A DNA stretch of 64,000 bases, taken from NCBI GenBank assembly GCA_021161835.1, contig JAGGZV010000057.1:12434-76433 (forward strand), in the 5' to 3' direction. The notes beneath the pieces are model-generated. The model was not told the DNA's origin, made no database searches, and saw nothing but the letters and a program-made list of their open reading frames with translations. Within the stretch, counting starts at the first letter, position 1. Each line of letters opens with the position of its first letter. The translations under genes were made by a program, and so were the position numbers. Shown piece after piece: positions 53,126 through 64,000 of this stretch. This stretch comes from Thermotogota bacterium. Its GTDB lineage: Bacteria > Thermotogota > Thermotogae > UBA12178.

Positions 53126-53265
53126 AAAAGGTTAAACGTTGATGGTTTAACGGTTCCTCCGGCACCGAAGAAAGTAGGTTGTTAAGAGGGATGTGTTCCC
53201 CGCCTACCGAGGTGCCCAGAATTGCTGGGTGACCTGGTGGGCGATAAAGGTCACCCTTAATTTTT
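53126..53265 (+). promoter_or_regulatory. Ribosomal protein L10 (rplJL) leader with a terminal attenuator hairpin
   Basis: The 156-nt untranslated gap contains a long-range helix, GGCACC...GTAGG (53161-53178) pairing with CCTAC...GGTGCC (53203-53216). A CCCAG/CTGGG hairpin follows. The leader ends in GGTGACC-(14 nt)-GGTCACC followed by CTTAATTTTT (53228-53265). Confidence 0.6.
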
Positions 53266-53281
53266 GCAAGGAGGTGAGAAC

Positions 53282-53821
53282 TTGCTGACCAGGGAGAAAA
53301 AGGCGCAGATAATAGGAGAGCTGAGCGATGATTTCAAGCGAGCACGTCTCATAACTTTCATAGATTTTACCGGTATGGATGTAGCAACCATGTCGGAATT
53401 TCGCAGACGTGTGAAAGCAGTATACCCTGGTAAATCCAAAGTGAAAGTGGCACGCAACAAATTGATAATGATAGCCCTTGAAAATGCGGGCTATTCGAAG
53501 AGTGAATTTGAAGGAGTGTTGGAGGGTCCCACCGGTCTGGTTTACGCCATGGATGAGGATCCGGTGAAAGTTTTAAAGGTGTTGGAGGACTTCAGGAAGG
53601 AGTTTAACGGCCTTCCAAAGGTGAAAGGAGCGTACTTTGAAGGTGGATTCATAACGCCGGAAAAGGTGACGGAGTATGCCAAGTTGCCATCCAGGGAAGA
53701 GCTGTATGCTATGTTGCTGGCACGTATGCAGGCCCCTGTGAGCGGGTTGGTCTTCACACTGAGTGGCGTGTTGAGAAAACTACTGTACGTGTTGAAAGCT
53801 ATAGAAGAAAAGAAATCATGA
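53282..53821 (+). CDS. rplJ: 50S ribosomal protein L10
   Basis: The protein reads (M)[43 protein letters not shown]. The start TTG is 5 nt after AGGAGGTG. Confidence 0.93.
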   Translation: MLTREKKAQIIGELSDDFKRARLITFIDFTGMDVATMSEFRRRVKAVYPGKSKVKVARNKLIMIALENAGYSKSEFEGVLEGPTGLVYAMDEDPVKVLKVLEDFRKEFNGLPKVKGAYFEGGFITPEKVTEYAKLPSREELYAMLLARMQAPVSGLVFTLSGVLRKLLYVLKAIEEKKS

Positions 53822-53837
53822 GGGAGGTGTGTTGGTG

Positions 53838-54224
53838 ATGACCAAGGAGGAAATCATAAAGGCCATCGAGGAAATGACCGTTGCGGAGCTTGCGGAGCTC
53901 GTGAAGGAACTGGAAGAGAGGTTCGGCGTAAGCGCAGCCGCACCTGTGGCTGTTGCAGCAGTTCCCGGAGCGGCGGGTCCCGCAGCCGCTGAAGAGGAAG
54001 AAAAATCCTCGTATGATGTTGTGCTCAAGAGCTTTGGAGAGAAGAAGATCAACGTCATAAAAGTGGTGCGTGAAATCACCGGTCTTGGTTTGAAAGAAGC
54101 GAAAGAGCTGGTTGAAAAAGCTGGAACTCCGGATGCAGTGGTTAAGTCAGGAGTAAGTAAGGACGAAGCGGAAGAAATAAAGAAGAAGATCGAGGAAGCC
54201 GGTGGTGAAGTAGAACTGAAGTAA
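53838..54224 (+). CDS. rplL: 50S ribosomal protein L7/L12
   Basis: The protein reads [36 protein letters not shown]...[19 protein letters not shown]. Confidence 0.95.
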   Translation: MTKEEIIKAIEEMTVAELAELVKELEERFGVSAAAPVAVAAVPGAAGPAAAEEEEKSSYDVVLKSFGEKKINVIKVVREITGLGLKEAKELVEKAGTPDAVVKSGVSKDEAEEIKKKIEEAGGEVELK

Positions 54225-54263
54225 TATGTTAAAATAAATGTTAGAGAAGGATATTATAATGAT

Positions 54264-54300
54264 CCAGCCACCACCTTCATGGTGGCGGCTGGGTTTGTTT
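54264..54300 (+). terminator. rplL-rpoB intergenic attenuator hairpin
   Basis: CCAGCCACCACC-TTCAT-GGTGGCGGCTGG pairs at 11 of 12 positions and is followed by GTTTGTTT. This is the classical partial-terminator position. Confidence 0.7.
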
Positions 54301-54337
54301 GCGCGAAAAACCTTCACTTCTCGGAAGAGGTGATAAG

Positions 54338-57300
54338 GTGCGGACAGCTGTCTTCGGAAAAAGAGAGAGAAAACTCTTTGGAAAGATAAAAGAAGTCATT
54401 GATATCCCCAACCTCATCCATGTCCAGCTCGATTCCTACAGGTGGTTTATAGAAGAAGGCATGTTGCAGGTTTTAAAAAAGTATTCTCCCATTGTTTCAC
54501 AACCTCACAAAGGTGATCTGAAGAAGGGAGAAAAAGGGTTCGCTTTGGAGTTTTTGAAGGTGCACACCGGTAAGCCTCGGTACGCCGTTAAAGAATGCAT
54601 GGAAAAAGGAATAACCTATTCCATACCCATATACGTTACGGTGAGAATAACGGATATGAACACCGGGGAGATGAAGGAAGAGGACGTTTTCTTCGGGTAC
54701 ATCCCCGGTATGACTGAACGTGGTACCTTCGTCATAAATGGTGCGGAGCGTGTGGTTGTCAATCAGCTGGTGAGATCACCGGGCCTATATTTCGTTCTGG
54801 AGGAGAGCAAGGCCGGCTCCAAAAACATGTTCATAGCACATTTCCTGCCAGTCAAAGGGGCATGGTTCGAGATACTGCTCAATCCCAACAAGAATATTCT
54901 TCAGGCACGTATAGACAGAGGGAAGCGTGTGAATTTCTTCCTTCTGTTGAAGGTCTTGGGTTTCGAGGATGATATGGACATACTCAGGATCTTCCGAAGA
55001 GAAGTGGATGTGTTGGTGGAAGACGATTTGAAACCCTATGAAGGTTGTACGGTTCTGGAAGATGTCGTTGTAGGGAATGAGAAACTGGTGGATAAGGGGA
55101 CGATCCTGGACAGCACGTTGATAAAAAAGATAGTGGATGCAGGTGTGGAAAAAGTTGCGGTTACACATCCCGTTTCTCAAAAAACCTACGATAACCTCGT
55201 TGCCAACCATGGCGAGAACATCACGCAGGATGAAGCCTATCTCCACCTGTTCAAGCGTTTGAGACCTAACGAGATTCCCAGGATAAATGCAGCCAAGAAT
55301 TACATCTACAATCTTTACTTCAATGAAGACAGGTTTGAGCTGTCTGAGGTTGGACGTTACAAGGTAAACAAGAAGCTTGCTCCTCTGTACGAAAAATACT
55401 GTGAACTCATGGGTATAGAGAAGAAAGGGGAATACAACCCAACGAGTAACGTGCTGACGAAGGAAGATATAGTCATGGCTGCCATGCGTTTGATGGAGGT
55501 CAGCGAGAATCCTGAACTTCTCGATACCAAGGATCATCTTGGAAACAAGAGGGTGCGAACAGTTGGCGAACTCATGCAGGTGGAATTCGAAAAGGCGTTC
55601 GCCAGAATGCACAGATTGATTCAGGACAAACTCACCGTTCAGAATTCACTTGAAAAGATAAGTGCGCAGAGTCTGGTGAACGCGCGAATAATGATGACTT
55701 CCATACATCAGTTTTTTGCCACCAGTCAGCTTTCGCAGTTCATGGATCAGGTCAATCCACTTGCCGAACTCACTCACAAAAGAAGGTTGTCAGCCATAGG
55801 GCCTGGTGGTCTGAAGAGAGAACATGCAAGGTTTGAAGTACGCGACGTCCATCATTCACACTATGGCCGAATGTGTCCCATAGAAACACCCGAAGGTGCG
55901 AACATAGGGTTGATAACATCACTCGCTGCATATGCAACCGTTGACGAATACGGATTTTTGATAACGCCGTACAGAAAGGTTGTGAATGGGCGTGTAACGG
56001 ATGAGATATACTACCTGACAGCCGACGAAGAAGAAGATTACAACATAGCCGGTGCAGCTGTTCCCGTGGGTGAGGATGGCGAGATACTCACGGATGTCGT
56101 GGAAGTACGCCATGGTCATGAAGTGAAATTCGTGAAGAAAGAAGAAGTGGATTTCATGGCGGTTTCGCCAAAGCAGATAGTGAGTGTCTCCACTTCACTC
56201 ATACCCTTTCTTGAGCACGATGATGCCAACAGAGCGCTGATGGGTTCCAATATGCAGAGACAGGCTGTTCCTCTCATAAAACCAGAGGCGCCGTTCGTGG
56301 CAACCGGCATGGAAAGTGTAGCTGCAAAAGATTCGGGATATGTGGTGTTGGCCCGGAACGATGGTGTTGTCAAATACGTGAGTGCCGATAAGATAGTGAT
56401 ACAGAGGGATGACGGAGGGGAAGATGAGTATCATCTGCTCAAATTCGTAAGAACCAATCAGGATACCACCATCAATCAGAGACCCATAGTCAATGTCGGT
56501 GATAGGGTGAAGAAGGACGAACCAATAGCCGATGGTCCCGCAACCTGTATGGGAGAACTCGCCCTCGGAAAGAACGTGCTCGTTGCTTTCGTGCCGTGGG
56601 AGGGCTACAACTTCGAAGACGCCATTCTTGTTAGTCAGGAGTTGTTGGAAGAGGATACATTCACTTCAATACATATAGAAATGTTCGAAACACAGGCTCG
56701 TGAGACTAGGCTGGGCCCGGAAGAAATAACGGCCGATATACCGAACGTAAGTAAGGAAAGTTTGAGACATCTGGATGCTGACGGCATAGCACGTATCGGT
56801 GCTTACGTCACACCTGGAGATATATTGGTGGGAAAGGTAACCCCGAAAGGCGAATCCGAAATGTCACCTGAAGACAAGATAATGCGCTCGCTCTTTGCGG
56901 AACGTGGGAAAGATGTGAAGGATTCCTCACTGAAGGTACCCCATGGGGTCGAAGGAAAAGTCATAGATGTGAAAGTTTTCGAAAGGGATGAAGTTGCTGA
57001 GATGACATCGGGTGTCCTGAAAGTCGTGCGTGTTTACGTCGCGTCCAGAAAAACCCTGGACATAGGCGATAAACTGGCCGGTCGTCATGGTAACAAAGGA
57101 GTTGTTTCCATGATACTTGCCAAGGAAGACATGCCTTTCCTGCCCGATGGGACACCTGTACAAATGGTGGTCAGTCCTCTGGGCGTGCCTTCGCGAATGA
57201 ACCTTGGTCAAGTGTTGGAAACGCATCTCGGATGGTTGGCAAAACTCACCAACACCTACTTCGCTTCACCGATATTCGATGGGGCCAAGGAAGAGGAAAT

Positions 57301-57808
57301 CATGAAAGCTCTTTATGAAGCCAGGGTTAAAGCCGGGTTGGCTGACGGTGAGGATCCCGATTCCCTCACCGGCAAGGTCATACTGAGGGACGGAAGAACC
57401 GGTTTACCGTTCGAACATCCGGTGGTTGTGGGATACATGTACATGATGAAGCTCATACATATAGCCAAGGATAAAATCCACGCGAGATCGACAGGACCAT
57501 ATTCCCTTATACACCAGCAACCACTTGGAGGAAAGGCACAGTTTGGTGGTCAACGTTTCGGTGAAATGGAAGTGTGGGCACTGGAAGCTCATGGTGCCAG
57601 CTACACGTTGAACGAAATGCTCACCATAAAGAGTGATGATATAAGAGGTAGAAACGAAACATACAAGGCTATTCTGAAAGGTTTGAATATACCCGATCCT
57701 GGAATACCCGAAAGCTTCAAAGTTCTGGTCAAGGAACTTCAGGGACTCGCGCTGGATGTGAAGATATACGACAAGAACGGCAATGAACTGGATATAGATA
57801 AACTGTGA
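54338..57808 (+). CDS. rpoB: DNA-directed RNA polymerase subunit beta
   Basis: The protein is full-length RpoB (…[24 protein letters not shown]…NMQRQAVPL…[13 protein letters not shown]…). The start was taken at GTG 54338, 4 nt after AGAGGTGA; the ORF-track TTG at 54299 lies inside the attenuator. Confidence 0.97.
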   Translation: MRTAVFGKRERKLFGKIKEVIDIPNLIHVQLDSYRWFIEEGMLQVLKKYSPIVSQPHKGDLKKGEKGFALEFLKVHTGKPRYAVKECMEKGITYSIPIYVTVRITDMNTGEMKEEDVFFGYIPGMTERGTFVINGAERVVVNQLVRSPGLYFVLEESKAGSKNMFIAHFLPVKGAWFEILLNPNKNILQARIDRGKRVNFFLLLKVLGFEDDMDILRIFRREVDVLVEDDLKPYEGCTVLEDVVVGNEKLVDKGTILDSTLIKKIVDAGVEKVAVTHPVSQKTYDNLVANHGENITQDEAYLHLFKRLRPNEIPRINAAKNYIYNLYFNEDRFELSEVGRYKVNKKLAPLYEKYCELMGIEKKGEYNPTSNVLTKEDIVMAAMRLMEVSENPELLDTKDHLGNKRVRTVGELMQVEFEKAFARMHRLIQDKLTVQNSLEKISAQSLVNARIMMTSIHQFFATSQLSQFMDQVNPLAELTHKRRLSAIGPGGLKREHARFEVRDVHHSHYGRMCPIETPEGANIGLITSLAAYATVDEYGFLITPYRKVVNGRVTDEIYYLTADEEEDYNIAGAAVPVGEDGEILTDVVEVRHGHEVKFVKKEEVDFMAVSPKQIVSVSTSLIPFLEHDDANRALMGSNMQRQAVPLIKPEAPFVATGMESVAAKDSGYVVLARNDGVVKYVSADKIVIQRDDGGEDEYHLLKFVRTNQDTTINQRPIVNVGDRVKKDEPIADGPATCMGELALGKNVLVAFVPWEGYNFEDAILVSQELLEEDTFTSIHIEMFETQARETRLGPEEITADIPNVSKESLRHLDADGIARIGAYVTPGDILVGKVTPKGESEMSPEDKIMRSLFAERGKDVKDSSLKVPHGVEGKVIDVKVFERDEVAEMTSGVLKVVRVYVASRKTLDIGDKLAGRHGNKGVVSMILAKEDMPFLPDGTPVQMVVSPLGVPSRMNLGQVLETHLGWLAKLTNTYFASPIFDGAKEEEIMKALYEARVKAGLADGEDPDSLTGKVILRDGRTGLPFEHPVVVGYMYMMKLIHIAKDKIHARSTGPYSLIHQQPLGGKAQFGGQRFGEMEVWALEAHGASYTLNEMLTIKSDDIRGRNETYKAILKGLNIPDPGIPESFKVLVKELQGLALDVKIYDKNGNELDIDKL

Positions 57809-57845
57809 TCCGGATTCGGGAGTGCTCCAAAAGGAGGTTGTGCGT

Positions 57846-60800
57846 ATGGAAGGTACAAGAAAGATCAGTGCGGTGAGGATAGGTATCGCTTCTCCTGAAA
57901 GGATCAGACAGCTCTCCAGTGGAGAGGTTAAGAAGCCTGAGACGATCAATTACAGAACGTTTAAGCCGGAAAACGATGGGCTCTTCTGTGAAAAGATCTT
58001 TGGACCCACGAAGGATTACGAATGTGCCTGTGGAAAGTACAAGGGTAAGAAATACGAGGGAACCGTTTGTGAGCGATGTGGAGTGCGTGTGGAATCACGC
58101 GATGCCAGACGACGCAGGTTGGGACATATCGAGCTGGCGGTTCCCGTTGTACATATATGGTACCTGAAGAGCACTCCCAGCGTGATAGCCACACTTCTGA
58201 ATATACCCACCAAGGAGCTCGAATCCATTGTTTATTACAGCACCAGAAGGGTCATCGAGGGAGTTTATCTGGTCACGGATCCCAAAGACACTCCATTCGA
58301 GCGTGGTGAAATGCTGTACGATACGGAATACAAGATTTACCAGAAGAAGTGGGATTTCGATGTGGAGCAGGCGGTCATAGTGAGGAATGCGCAAACACCA
58401 CTTTTGAGCGATACCAGTGGGATAGTAGAGATAAAGACCGAGATCACTTCCTCCGGTCGAGAGCTTACCTGGATAAAGGTGAAGAAAGTTAAAAGAGACG
58501 AGTACAACGTACATCGTGGGATGATTCTGGAAAAAGAACCGGGTAGTGAGGTGAAAAAGGGAGAGGTTCTGGTTCAGGAGGTAACCGTCGAACCCATATA
58601 TGCCCCGTTCGAAGGCAAGGTGGAATACGATGAAGAAACGGCAACTCTGAGATTGTCACCGCTTAAAACCAGCAAAGAGCATCCTGCTACTTACACGGTT
58701 CCCTACGGCGCCAAGGTACTCGTCAAGAACGGCGTGAAGGTGAAACCGGGAGATCAACTGACATCTGAAACCACGTTACCTTCGATAGTGGCTGAATCGG
58801 ATGGCAAATTGATTCTGAGTCAGGAAGTGAATGTGAGGCCTCTTGAAGACGGCAAATACGAAATCATGAGTGATGGAAAACTTTTCATAGAAACCACAAC
58901 GGAAGAACGCAACTATCCTGTATTTGAAGGAGCTGCCGTCCTGGTTATGGACGGAGACGAGGTTCAGGAAGGGGATCCACTCGCCGACAGATTCCTCTTC
59001 GATGACGAGGTCCTTACGGTGAGTGAATACAAGATATTCGAAAGCTACTATCCTGGAAAGTTCACCGTGGAAACCAGTGTGGAAACTGATAAACCAATAT
59101 TGCTCATAACCGAAATAGATCCTGAAGTTTCCAAGGAAACGGGGAGGAAAGTAGGAGATGTGATTCTGGAATCTGAGTACGAGGCATATCAGCAGGTATA
59201 TCCTGGCAAGGTTGAGGCACTCTACGGGGCACCGGCGATAAAGAAGCTCCTGGAGAATCTGGATCTCGAGGAGTTGAAAACCAAACTCGAAGCAGAACTA
59301 AAATCCCTTCCCAAGAGCAGTGCCAGGGCTCTTAAGATACTCAAGAGGCTGAAGCTGGTAAAAGATTTCATAAAATCCGGTAATAGACCGGAATGGATGG
59401 TACTGGAAGCAATTCCGGTTATTCCGCCTGAACTGAGACCGATGATTCAGATAGATGGAGGCCGTTTCGCCACTACCGATCTCAATGATCTCTACAGAAG
59501 AGTGATAAATCGTAACAATCGCTTGAAGAAGTTAATGGATCTGAACGCTCCCGAGATAATAATAAGAAACGAGAAGAGGATGTTGCAGGAGGCGGTTGAT
59601 AGTCTCATATACAACGGTAGGGCTGGTAAGGAATTCACCGACAGGAACGGCAGACCTTTGAAATCGCTGACCGATCTCGTCAAAGGTAAGAAAGGTAGGT
59701 TCAGAAGAAACCTGCTTGGTAAACGGGTGGACTATTCCGGACGCGCGGTCATAGTCGTTGGGCCGCATCTGAAGATACACGAGTGCGGTCTTCCCAAGAA
59801 AATGGCGCTGGAGCTTTTCAAACCCTTCGTGCTCGCAAAGCTGCTCAGTGGTATGGAGTCTTCTAAAGCGGCCAGAAAGCTGAAAAAAGCGATTATAGAG
59901 AGGGAACTACCTGAGGCTTGGGAAGTGCTCGAGGAAGTGATAAAGGGTCATCCCGTGCTCCTGAACAGGGCGCCTACATTGCACAGGATCAGCATACAGG
60001 CCTTCATTCCGCGGCTCATAGAGGGTAATGCCATACAACTCCATCCACTGGTTTGTCCACCTTTCAACGCGGACTTCGATGGCGACCAGATGGCTGTTCA
60101 CGTGCCACTTTCCGCGGCAGCTCAAGCCGAAGCGAAGTTCCTCATGCTGAGCAGATATAACATCATTTCACCCGCTCATGGTAAACCCATTTCGATGCCT
60201 GGTAAAGACATAATAGTGGGATTGTACTATTTAACGGTTGTGAACAGAGGTTATGATGAAGTGGACCCCAAGGACATAAAGTGGAGGTTCTCTTCACCTG
60301 AAGAAGCTTTACTGGCTCATCATTTTGGGTACATCGGGTTGCATTCACCCATACTCGTGAAACTGGAAGATGGTAAATTGCATAAAACCACAGTGGGGAG
60401 ACTCATATTCAATGAAATTCTGCCCAAGGATCTGAGAGATTACGACAAGACGTTCGGTAAGAAGGAGATCAAGGATCTCGTTTATGAATCGTTCCAGAGA
60501 TATGGAATAGATCGAACCGCCGATCTGCTGGACGATCTCAAAGACCTGGGATTTCACTACGCTACGGTAAGCGGATTGACCATATCTATGAAAGACGTCG
60601 TCATCTCGCCGAGAAAAGAAGAGATCATAGAAAAGGCGAAGAAGCTGGTTGAACGCGTGGAACGCGAGTACGCGGAAGGGTATTTGGCGGAGAACGAGAG
60701 ATACAGAACGATCATAAAGATCTGGCAGGAAGCAACCGATGAGGTTCAGAAAGCAACCTATGAAGCGCTGGCTGAGGATCCGTTCAACCCGGTTTTCATG

Positions 60801-62897
60801 ATGGTGAATTCCGGTGCTCGGGGAAACATAGACCAGGTAAAGCAGCTCTCCGGTATGCGTGGTCTCATGGCGGATCCTTCGGGAAGAACTATAGAAGTGC
60901 CGATAACTTCCAATTTCCGGGAAGGGCTCACAGAAATAGAGTTCTTCATATCCACACACGGTGCCAGAAAAGGTTCGGCGGATACCGCTTTGAGGACTTC
61001 GTCGGCTGGATATCTCACACGAAGGCTTGTGGACGTTGCGCAGGGAGTAACCGTAACGATCCCCGACTGTGGGACCGAGGAAGGCGTCGAAGCTGTGGAA
61101 TTGATAAGTGACGACCTCAAAGTCGAGAAGTTGAAGGATTTCATATTTGGAAGGGTACTGGCGGATGACGTGATAGATCCTGAAACAAAAGAAGTGGTTT
61201 CCAGAGATGGCAGAGCGTACACCAGAGATGTGATGGTGGAGGAAAAGGATGCCGAGTATCTATCGAAGTACATGAAAGTGGTCAAAGTATTCGAAGAGAA
61301 GGTTCTGGATCTTGAGAAGGGAGAAATCACTCCGCATTACGCTGAAATAGAGGAACCCGTATATGGAGAAAACGGAGAGGAGCTCTATCCTGCTGGCACG
61401 CCGCTGAGCAGGGACGTAATATCTGCGGCCAGAAAGGTGGGTATGAAGAGTATAAAGATAACCGAGTATCCTGCTGTCGGTGCGGTGTACGTGGGGAATG
61501 AAAGCGATGTAACCATACATTACAAAGATCTGGGTATTACCAGAAGACGCACGTTGCTCAAATATCAGGAGAAGATAGAGCCCAGAACGGCCAAACTGTT
61601 GAAAGAGGAACTGAAGAGAGTGAAAGCTCTGGTAGAGCAGGATAGGGAGCTATTCAACCTCAACAAACACGCTATGATCTTTGCAGATGGCAAGATAAAG
61701 GTCAGGCCGGTGATCAAAGTCCGATCTGTCCTCACTTGTGAAGCGGAGCATGGGGTTTGTGCCAAGTGTTTCGGTATGGATCTCTCGAATCACAAGATAG
61801 TGAACGTCGGTGAAGCCGTCGGTATCATAGCTGCTCAGTCCATAGGAGAACCCGGTACGCAGTTAACCATGCGCACTTTCCACACCGGTGGAATAGCCAC
61901 AGCTGCAGATATAACGCAGGGTTTGCCGAGAGCTGAAGAACTCTTCGAAGCGAGGAAGAAATTGAAGGAAAAGGAGGCCATCTTCTCGGAAGTCGAAGGT
62001 TTTGTTGAGGATATAACGAGCGATGACAAGGAGACCAAAAGGATTATCATCAGAACCGTGGATGGTGAAACCGTTGAAATCAGGGTGCCGCTGGATGGTA
62101 AGCCGAAGGTTCATCCGGGCCAGAAGGTGATGCCTGGGGATCCTCTCACCACCGGAGCCATAAAACCTAGAAGGTTGATGGAAAAAGTGGGCGTCATGAA
62201 GACGGCTCTTTACTTGCTCCAGGAGATAAAGAGAGTCTACGCAGAGCAGGGTGTGGATATACACGATAAACACTTCGAGATAATAATCAGACAGATGCTG
62301 AGCAAAGTGGAGGTAGTCGACCCAGGTGATACAGATCTCCTACCGGGTGATCTGGTCTCCTACCAGGAGATCAAGAGGATAAACAGGGAAATACTCGAGG
62401 CGAATTCCAGGATAGATGAGAACAGGGAAAAGGTGGTGGGCAAGAAACTCGCCAAACACGTACTGGCGGAGAACGAAGAAGGTGAGGTTGAAGAAGTAGC
62501 AGTGGAAGGTCAGGAAATAACACCCGAACTCATCGATGAGCTTGCAAGACATAGTGTGAAAGAAATAGAAGTGGACATAAATGGTAACGTGGAGAAAGTT
62601 CAGATACTGCCCAAAGATCCTGTGAGATACAGGAGAAAGCTTCTGAGAATAACCAAAGCTTCTCTGGAAAAAGAAGGATGGTTGAGTGCAGCATCATTCC
62701 AGCAAACTCCACAGGTTCTTACGGAAGCATCTGTCGAAGGAAGTCTGGACAAACTGCAGGGTTTAAAGGAAAACGTCATAGTTGGTCAGCTCATACCCGC
62801 CGGTACCGGATACGAACTTTACTCCGATATACAAATTGAGGAAATGGCCATAGCTGTTGCCAAGGAGAGAAGGACGGGCACGGAGATACTGAAGTGA
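57846..62897 (+). CDS. rpoC: DNA-directed RNA polymerase subunit beta-prime (about 1,683 aa, with a large lineage-specific insertion)
   Basis: The N-terminus reads [54 protein letters not shown], and the NADFDGD catalytic motif is present. A ~350-aa insertion follows the zinc-binding region. The start ATG is 8 nt after AAGGAGG. Confidence 0.97.
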   Translation: MEGTRKISAVRIGIASPERIRQLSSGEVKKPETINYRTFKPENDGLFCEKIFGPTKDYECACGKYKGKKYEGTVCERCGVRVESRDARRRRLGHIELAVPVVHIWYLKSTPSVIATLLNIPTKELESIVYYSTRRVIEGVYLVTDPKDTPFERGEMLYDTEYKIYQKKWDFDVEQAVIVRNAQTPLLSDTSGIVEIKTEITSSGRELTWIKVKKVKRDEYNVHRGMILEKEPGSEVKKGEVLVQEVTVEPIYAPFEGKVEYDEETATLRLSPLKTSKEHPATYTVPYGAKVLVKNGVKVKPGDQLTSETTLPSIVAESDGKLILSQEVNVRPLEDGKYEIMSDGKLFIETTTEERNYPVFEGAAVLVMDGDEVQEGDPLADRFLFDDEVLTVSEYKIFESYYPGKFTVETSVETDKPILLITEIDPEVSKETGRKVGDVILESEYEAYQQVYPGKVEALYGAPAIKKLLENLDLEELKTKLEAELKSLPKSSARALKILKRLKLVKDFIKSGNRPEWMVLEAIPVIPPELRPMIQIDGGRFATTDLNDLYRRVINRNNRLKKLMDLNAPEIIIRNEKRMLQEAVDSLIYNGRAGKEFTDRNGRPLKSLTDLVKGKKGRFRRNLLGKRVDYSGRAVIVVGPHLKIHECGLPKKMALELFKPFVLAKLLSGMESSKAARKLKKAIIERELPEAWEVLEEVIKGHPVLLNRAPTLHRISIQAFIPRLIEGNAIQLHPLVCPPFNADFDGDQMAVHVPLSAAAQAEAKFLMLSRYNIISPAHGKPISMPGKDIIVGLYYLTVVNRGYDEVDPKDIKWRFSSPEEALLAHHFGYIGLHSPILVKLEDGKLHKTTVGRLIFNEILPKDLRDYDKTFGKKEIKDLVYESFQRYGIDRTADLLDDLKDLGFHYATVSGLTISMKDVVISPRKEEIIEKAKKLVERVEREYAEGYLAENERYRTIIKIWQEATDEVQKATYEALAEDPFNPVFMMVNSGARGNIDQVKQLSGMRGLMADPSGRTIEVPITSNFREGLTEIEFFISTHGARKGSADTALRTSSAGYLTRRLVDVAQGVTVTIPDCGTEEGVEAVELISDDLKVEKLKDFIFGRVLADDVIDPETKEVVSRDGRAYTRDVMVEEKDAEYLSKYMKVVKVFEEKVLDLEKGEITPHYAEIEEPVYGENGEELYPAGTPLSRDVISAARKVGMKSIKITEYPAVGAVYVGNESDVTIHYKDLGITRRRTLLKYQEKIEPRTAKLLKEELKRVKALVEQDRELFNLNKHAMIFADGKIKVRPVIKVRSVLTCEAEHGVCAKCFGMDLSNHKIVNVGEAVGIIAAQSIGEPGTQLTMRTFHTGGIATAADITQGLPRAEELFEARKKLKEKEAIFSEVEGFVEDITSDDKETKRIIIRTVDGETVEIRVPLDGKPKVHPGQKVMPGDPLTTGAIKPRRLMEKVGVMKTALYLLQEIKRVYAEQGVDIHDKHFEIIIRQMLSKVEVVDPGDTDLLPGDLVSYQEIKRINREILEANSRIDENREKVVGKKLAKHVLAENEEGEVEEVAVEGQEITPELIDELARHSVKEIEVDINGNVEKVQILPKDPVRYRRKLLRITKASLEKEGWLSAASFQQTPQVLTEASVEGSLDKLQGLKENVIVGQLIPAGTGYELYSDIQIEEMAIAVAKERRTGTEILK

Positions 62898-62926
62898 TAT
62901 GATCAACGTGGAGGGAAAGCAAGTGA

Positions 62927-62957
62927 GGCGAGGGAACGATATCCCTCGCCTTTATTT
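62927..62957 (+). terminator. Rho-independent terminator after rpoC
   Basis: GGCGAGGGA-ACGATA-TCCCTCGCC is followed by TTTATTT. Confidence 0.75.
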
Positions 62958-62958
62958 C

Positions 62959-63495
62959 ATGTTTCGTTTCAAGAAGAAAGGGATGCTACGTTTCATATCA
63001 CAGATGGAAGTTCAGAATTTGATAGTGCGTATCTTCAGACGTTTGAATTTCCCCATCGTTTATTCTGAAGGTTTTCATCCTCGTCCAAGACTCAGTTTTT
63101 CACCTGCTGTGAGAACCGGTATCGTGGACTTGGCGCTGTATGCGCTGGGTGTTTTTCGTTTTCCTCCAGAGGACCCTATCAGAAGATTCAATTTTCTCGC
63201 ACCACGGGGTCTGGAAATGGTGGAATTCGGTGAAACCGATGCGAATTTCCTGAAAAGAATAGAAGGTTTCCGTTACAAGTTGCTTGTAGACTCCTCGCTG
63301 GTGGTGAATCCGAAAGCACTGGATAAGGACATGTTTGCGGTGGAAAGCCACGGATCTTTATTGGTGATAAAATATCATAAGAAGGTTGGAGAAAAGGATG
63401 GACTGTATGAGCTGCTGGAGGAGTTGACGGGGATTCGCTATCCAAGCGGTTTTTTCCTTGCCTTCAGAACGGACGGAATAGTGCGAGGTGGATGA
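62959..63495 (+). CDS. DUF2344 / TIGR03936-type (radical-SAM-linked) protein
   Basis: The sequence MFRFKKKGMLRFISQMEVQNLIVRIFRRLNFPIVYSEGFHPRPRLSFSPAV matches the family N-terminus. The ATG directly abuts the terminator T-run and has no SD. Confidence 0.7.
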   Translation: MFRFKKKGMLRFISQMEVQNLIVRIFRRLNFPIVYSEGFHPRPRLSFSPAVRTGIVDLALYALGVFRFPPEDPIRRFNFLAPRGLEMVEFGETDANFLKRIEGFRYKLLVDSSLVVNPKALDKDMFAVESHGSLLVIKYHKKVGEKDGLYELLEELTGIRYPSGFFLAFRTDGIVRGG

Positions 63496-63496
63496 A

Positions 63497-63859
63497 TTGG
63501 CAAAGAAAATACTCGTGGTCGATGATTCCGATGTTTTGAGAAGGATAATGAGGTTCAATCTTGAAAAAGCGGGATTCACCGTTTTGGAGGCGGTGAATGG
63601 GGAAGAAGGGCTGGAAATGATGGTGAACGAGAAACCCGATCTGGTTTTTCTGGATATAATGATGCCCAAAATGGATGGTTTCTTCGTTTTGAAAAGATTA
63701 CAGGAGATGGGGTTGACCGATATACCTATAATAGTTGTAACAGCGAAGGGTGGGGAAGATGATGCTCTCAATGCTAAAAGGCTCGGCGCCAAGCTTGTCA
63801 TAACCAAACCCTTCAGTCCCAAGGAAATAGTGGGTTTAGCGAAACAATTCACGGAGTGA
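63497..63859 (+). CDS. Single-domain response regulator (CheY-like receiver)
   Basis: The protein reads KILVVDDSDVLRRIM...DLVFLDIMMPKMDGF...IIVVTAKG...KPFSPKEI. The start TTG 63497 is 5 nt after GAGGTGG; GTG 63488 is an alternative. Confidence 0.9.
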   Translation: MAKKILVVDDSDVLRRIMRFNLEKAGFTVLEAVNGEEGLEMMVNEKPDLVFLDIMMPKMDGFFVLKRLQEMGLTDIPIIVVTAKGGEDDALNAKRLGAKLVITKPFSPKEIVGLAKQFTE

Positions 63860-63867
63860 ATGATAAC

Positions 63868-64000
63868 ATGGATCTGAGAGAAAAGTTGTTGGAGGTTGCC
63901 AGAATATTGGGAAAGGAAGAATTGGAATCGAATATGGAACTGGAGCAGGTGGTTGAGTACCTGCGAGTGCGTGCCAAAAAGGTGGTGGATGAAATCGAAA
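63868..64000 (+). CDS. Hypothetical protein, N-terminal 44 codons (runs off the right edge)
   Basis: The frame is open from ATG 63868 (MDLREKLLEVARILGKEELESNMELEQVVEYLRVRAKKVVDEIE...). It is too short to assign to a family. Confidence 0.4.
   Translation, partial: MDLREKLLEVARILGKEELESNMELEQVVEYLRVRAKKVVDEIE

Noticed and set aside
54785-55612. A 275-aa minus-strand ORF inside rpoB; similar antisense ORFs occur at 57404-57949, 60345-60959 and 60758-61330 in rpoB/rpoC
   Set aside because: These are antisense to universally conserved RNA polymerase genes and are expected by chance in long genes with few reverse-frame stop codons.

Overview
This 64-kb chromosomal window is about 95% coding and comes from a thermophilic Thermotogota-type bacterium. 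The lineage call rests on a roughly 1,680-aa RpoC with the giant lineage insertion, a 352-aa NusG with an inserted domain, proteins rich in charged and IVYWREL residues, GGAGGTG-type Shine-Dalgarno sites, and tRNAs with encoded CCA.

Gene content from left to right:
- hutI (partial) and ftcD.
- An ABC ATPase with a large permease, then rsmG.
- pyrG, an HDOD protein and a histidine kinase.
- dnaX, ybaB and gap.
- A ROK-regulated sugar ABC operon that ends in a small GH42-like barrel.
- rpsB / rimP-nusA.
- yceD-rpmF-plsX-glmS-rsfS.
- A lytic-transglycosylase lipoprotein followed by fliF-fliG-fliH-fliI.
- tRNA-Ser.
- An ArsR-regulated P1B-type metal ATPase.
- A short decayed stretch holding a possible transposase relic and a frameshifted GNAT gene.
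- yicC (frameshifted), remA, gmk and a GH57 4-alpha-glucanotransferase.
- A 12-kb co-directional minus-strand array: MBL hydrolase, DUF2007, gcvT, methyltransferase, SigH-like sigma factor, membrane partner, lspA, rluD, flgM, flgN, flgK, flgL, fliW, csrA, gatC, yraN and a hypothetical gene.
- tRNA-Thr and tRNA-Tyr, then rpmG-secE-nusG-rplKAJL-rpoBC, a DUF2344 gene and a CheY-like receiver.

I found no CRISPR array, prophage, intact mobile element or recognisable defence island, and I cannot honestly nominate a new multi-gene system.

The observations most worth a second look are:
1. Conserved genes whose N-termini lack any canonical start codon. yraN probably starts at ATT and fliH at CTG; an ATT start for the ydjM-like gene is only a weak possibility, since an in-frame ATG lies upstream. 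Each has a strong SD at ideal spacing.
2. Unusually long out-of-frame gene overlaps: csrA/gatC, lspA/rluD and gatC/yraN.
3. Two or three reading-frame breaks at A-runs, clustered in about 1.5 kb around a decaying islet (GNAT and yicC).
4. A sigma-28-type promoter embedded in the rluD stop codon. It drives the late flagellar genes into csrA-gatC-yraN.
5. A stand-alone GH42-like catalytic barrel with the CxCxxC zinc motif.
6. A lipoprotein lytic transglycosylase with a beta-rich C-terminal domain at the head of the fliF operon.
7. Several r-protein and NusA leader structures: an L10 leader/attenuator, an L1-binding mimic, a rimP-nusA leader terminator and an rpsB 5'-UTR hairpin.

All coordinates and motifs were read by eye from the sequence. 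Family assignments come from remembered family signatures, not from database searches.
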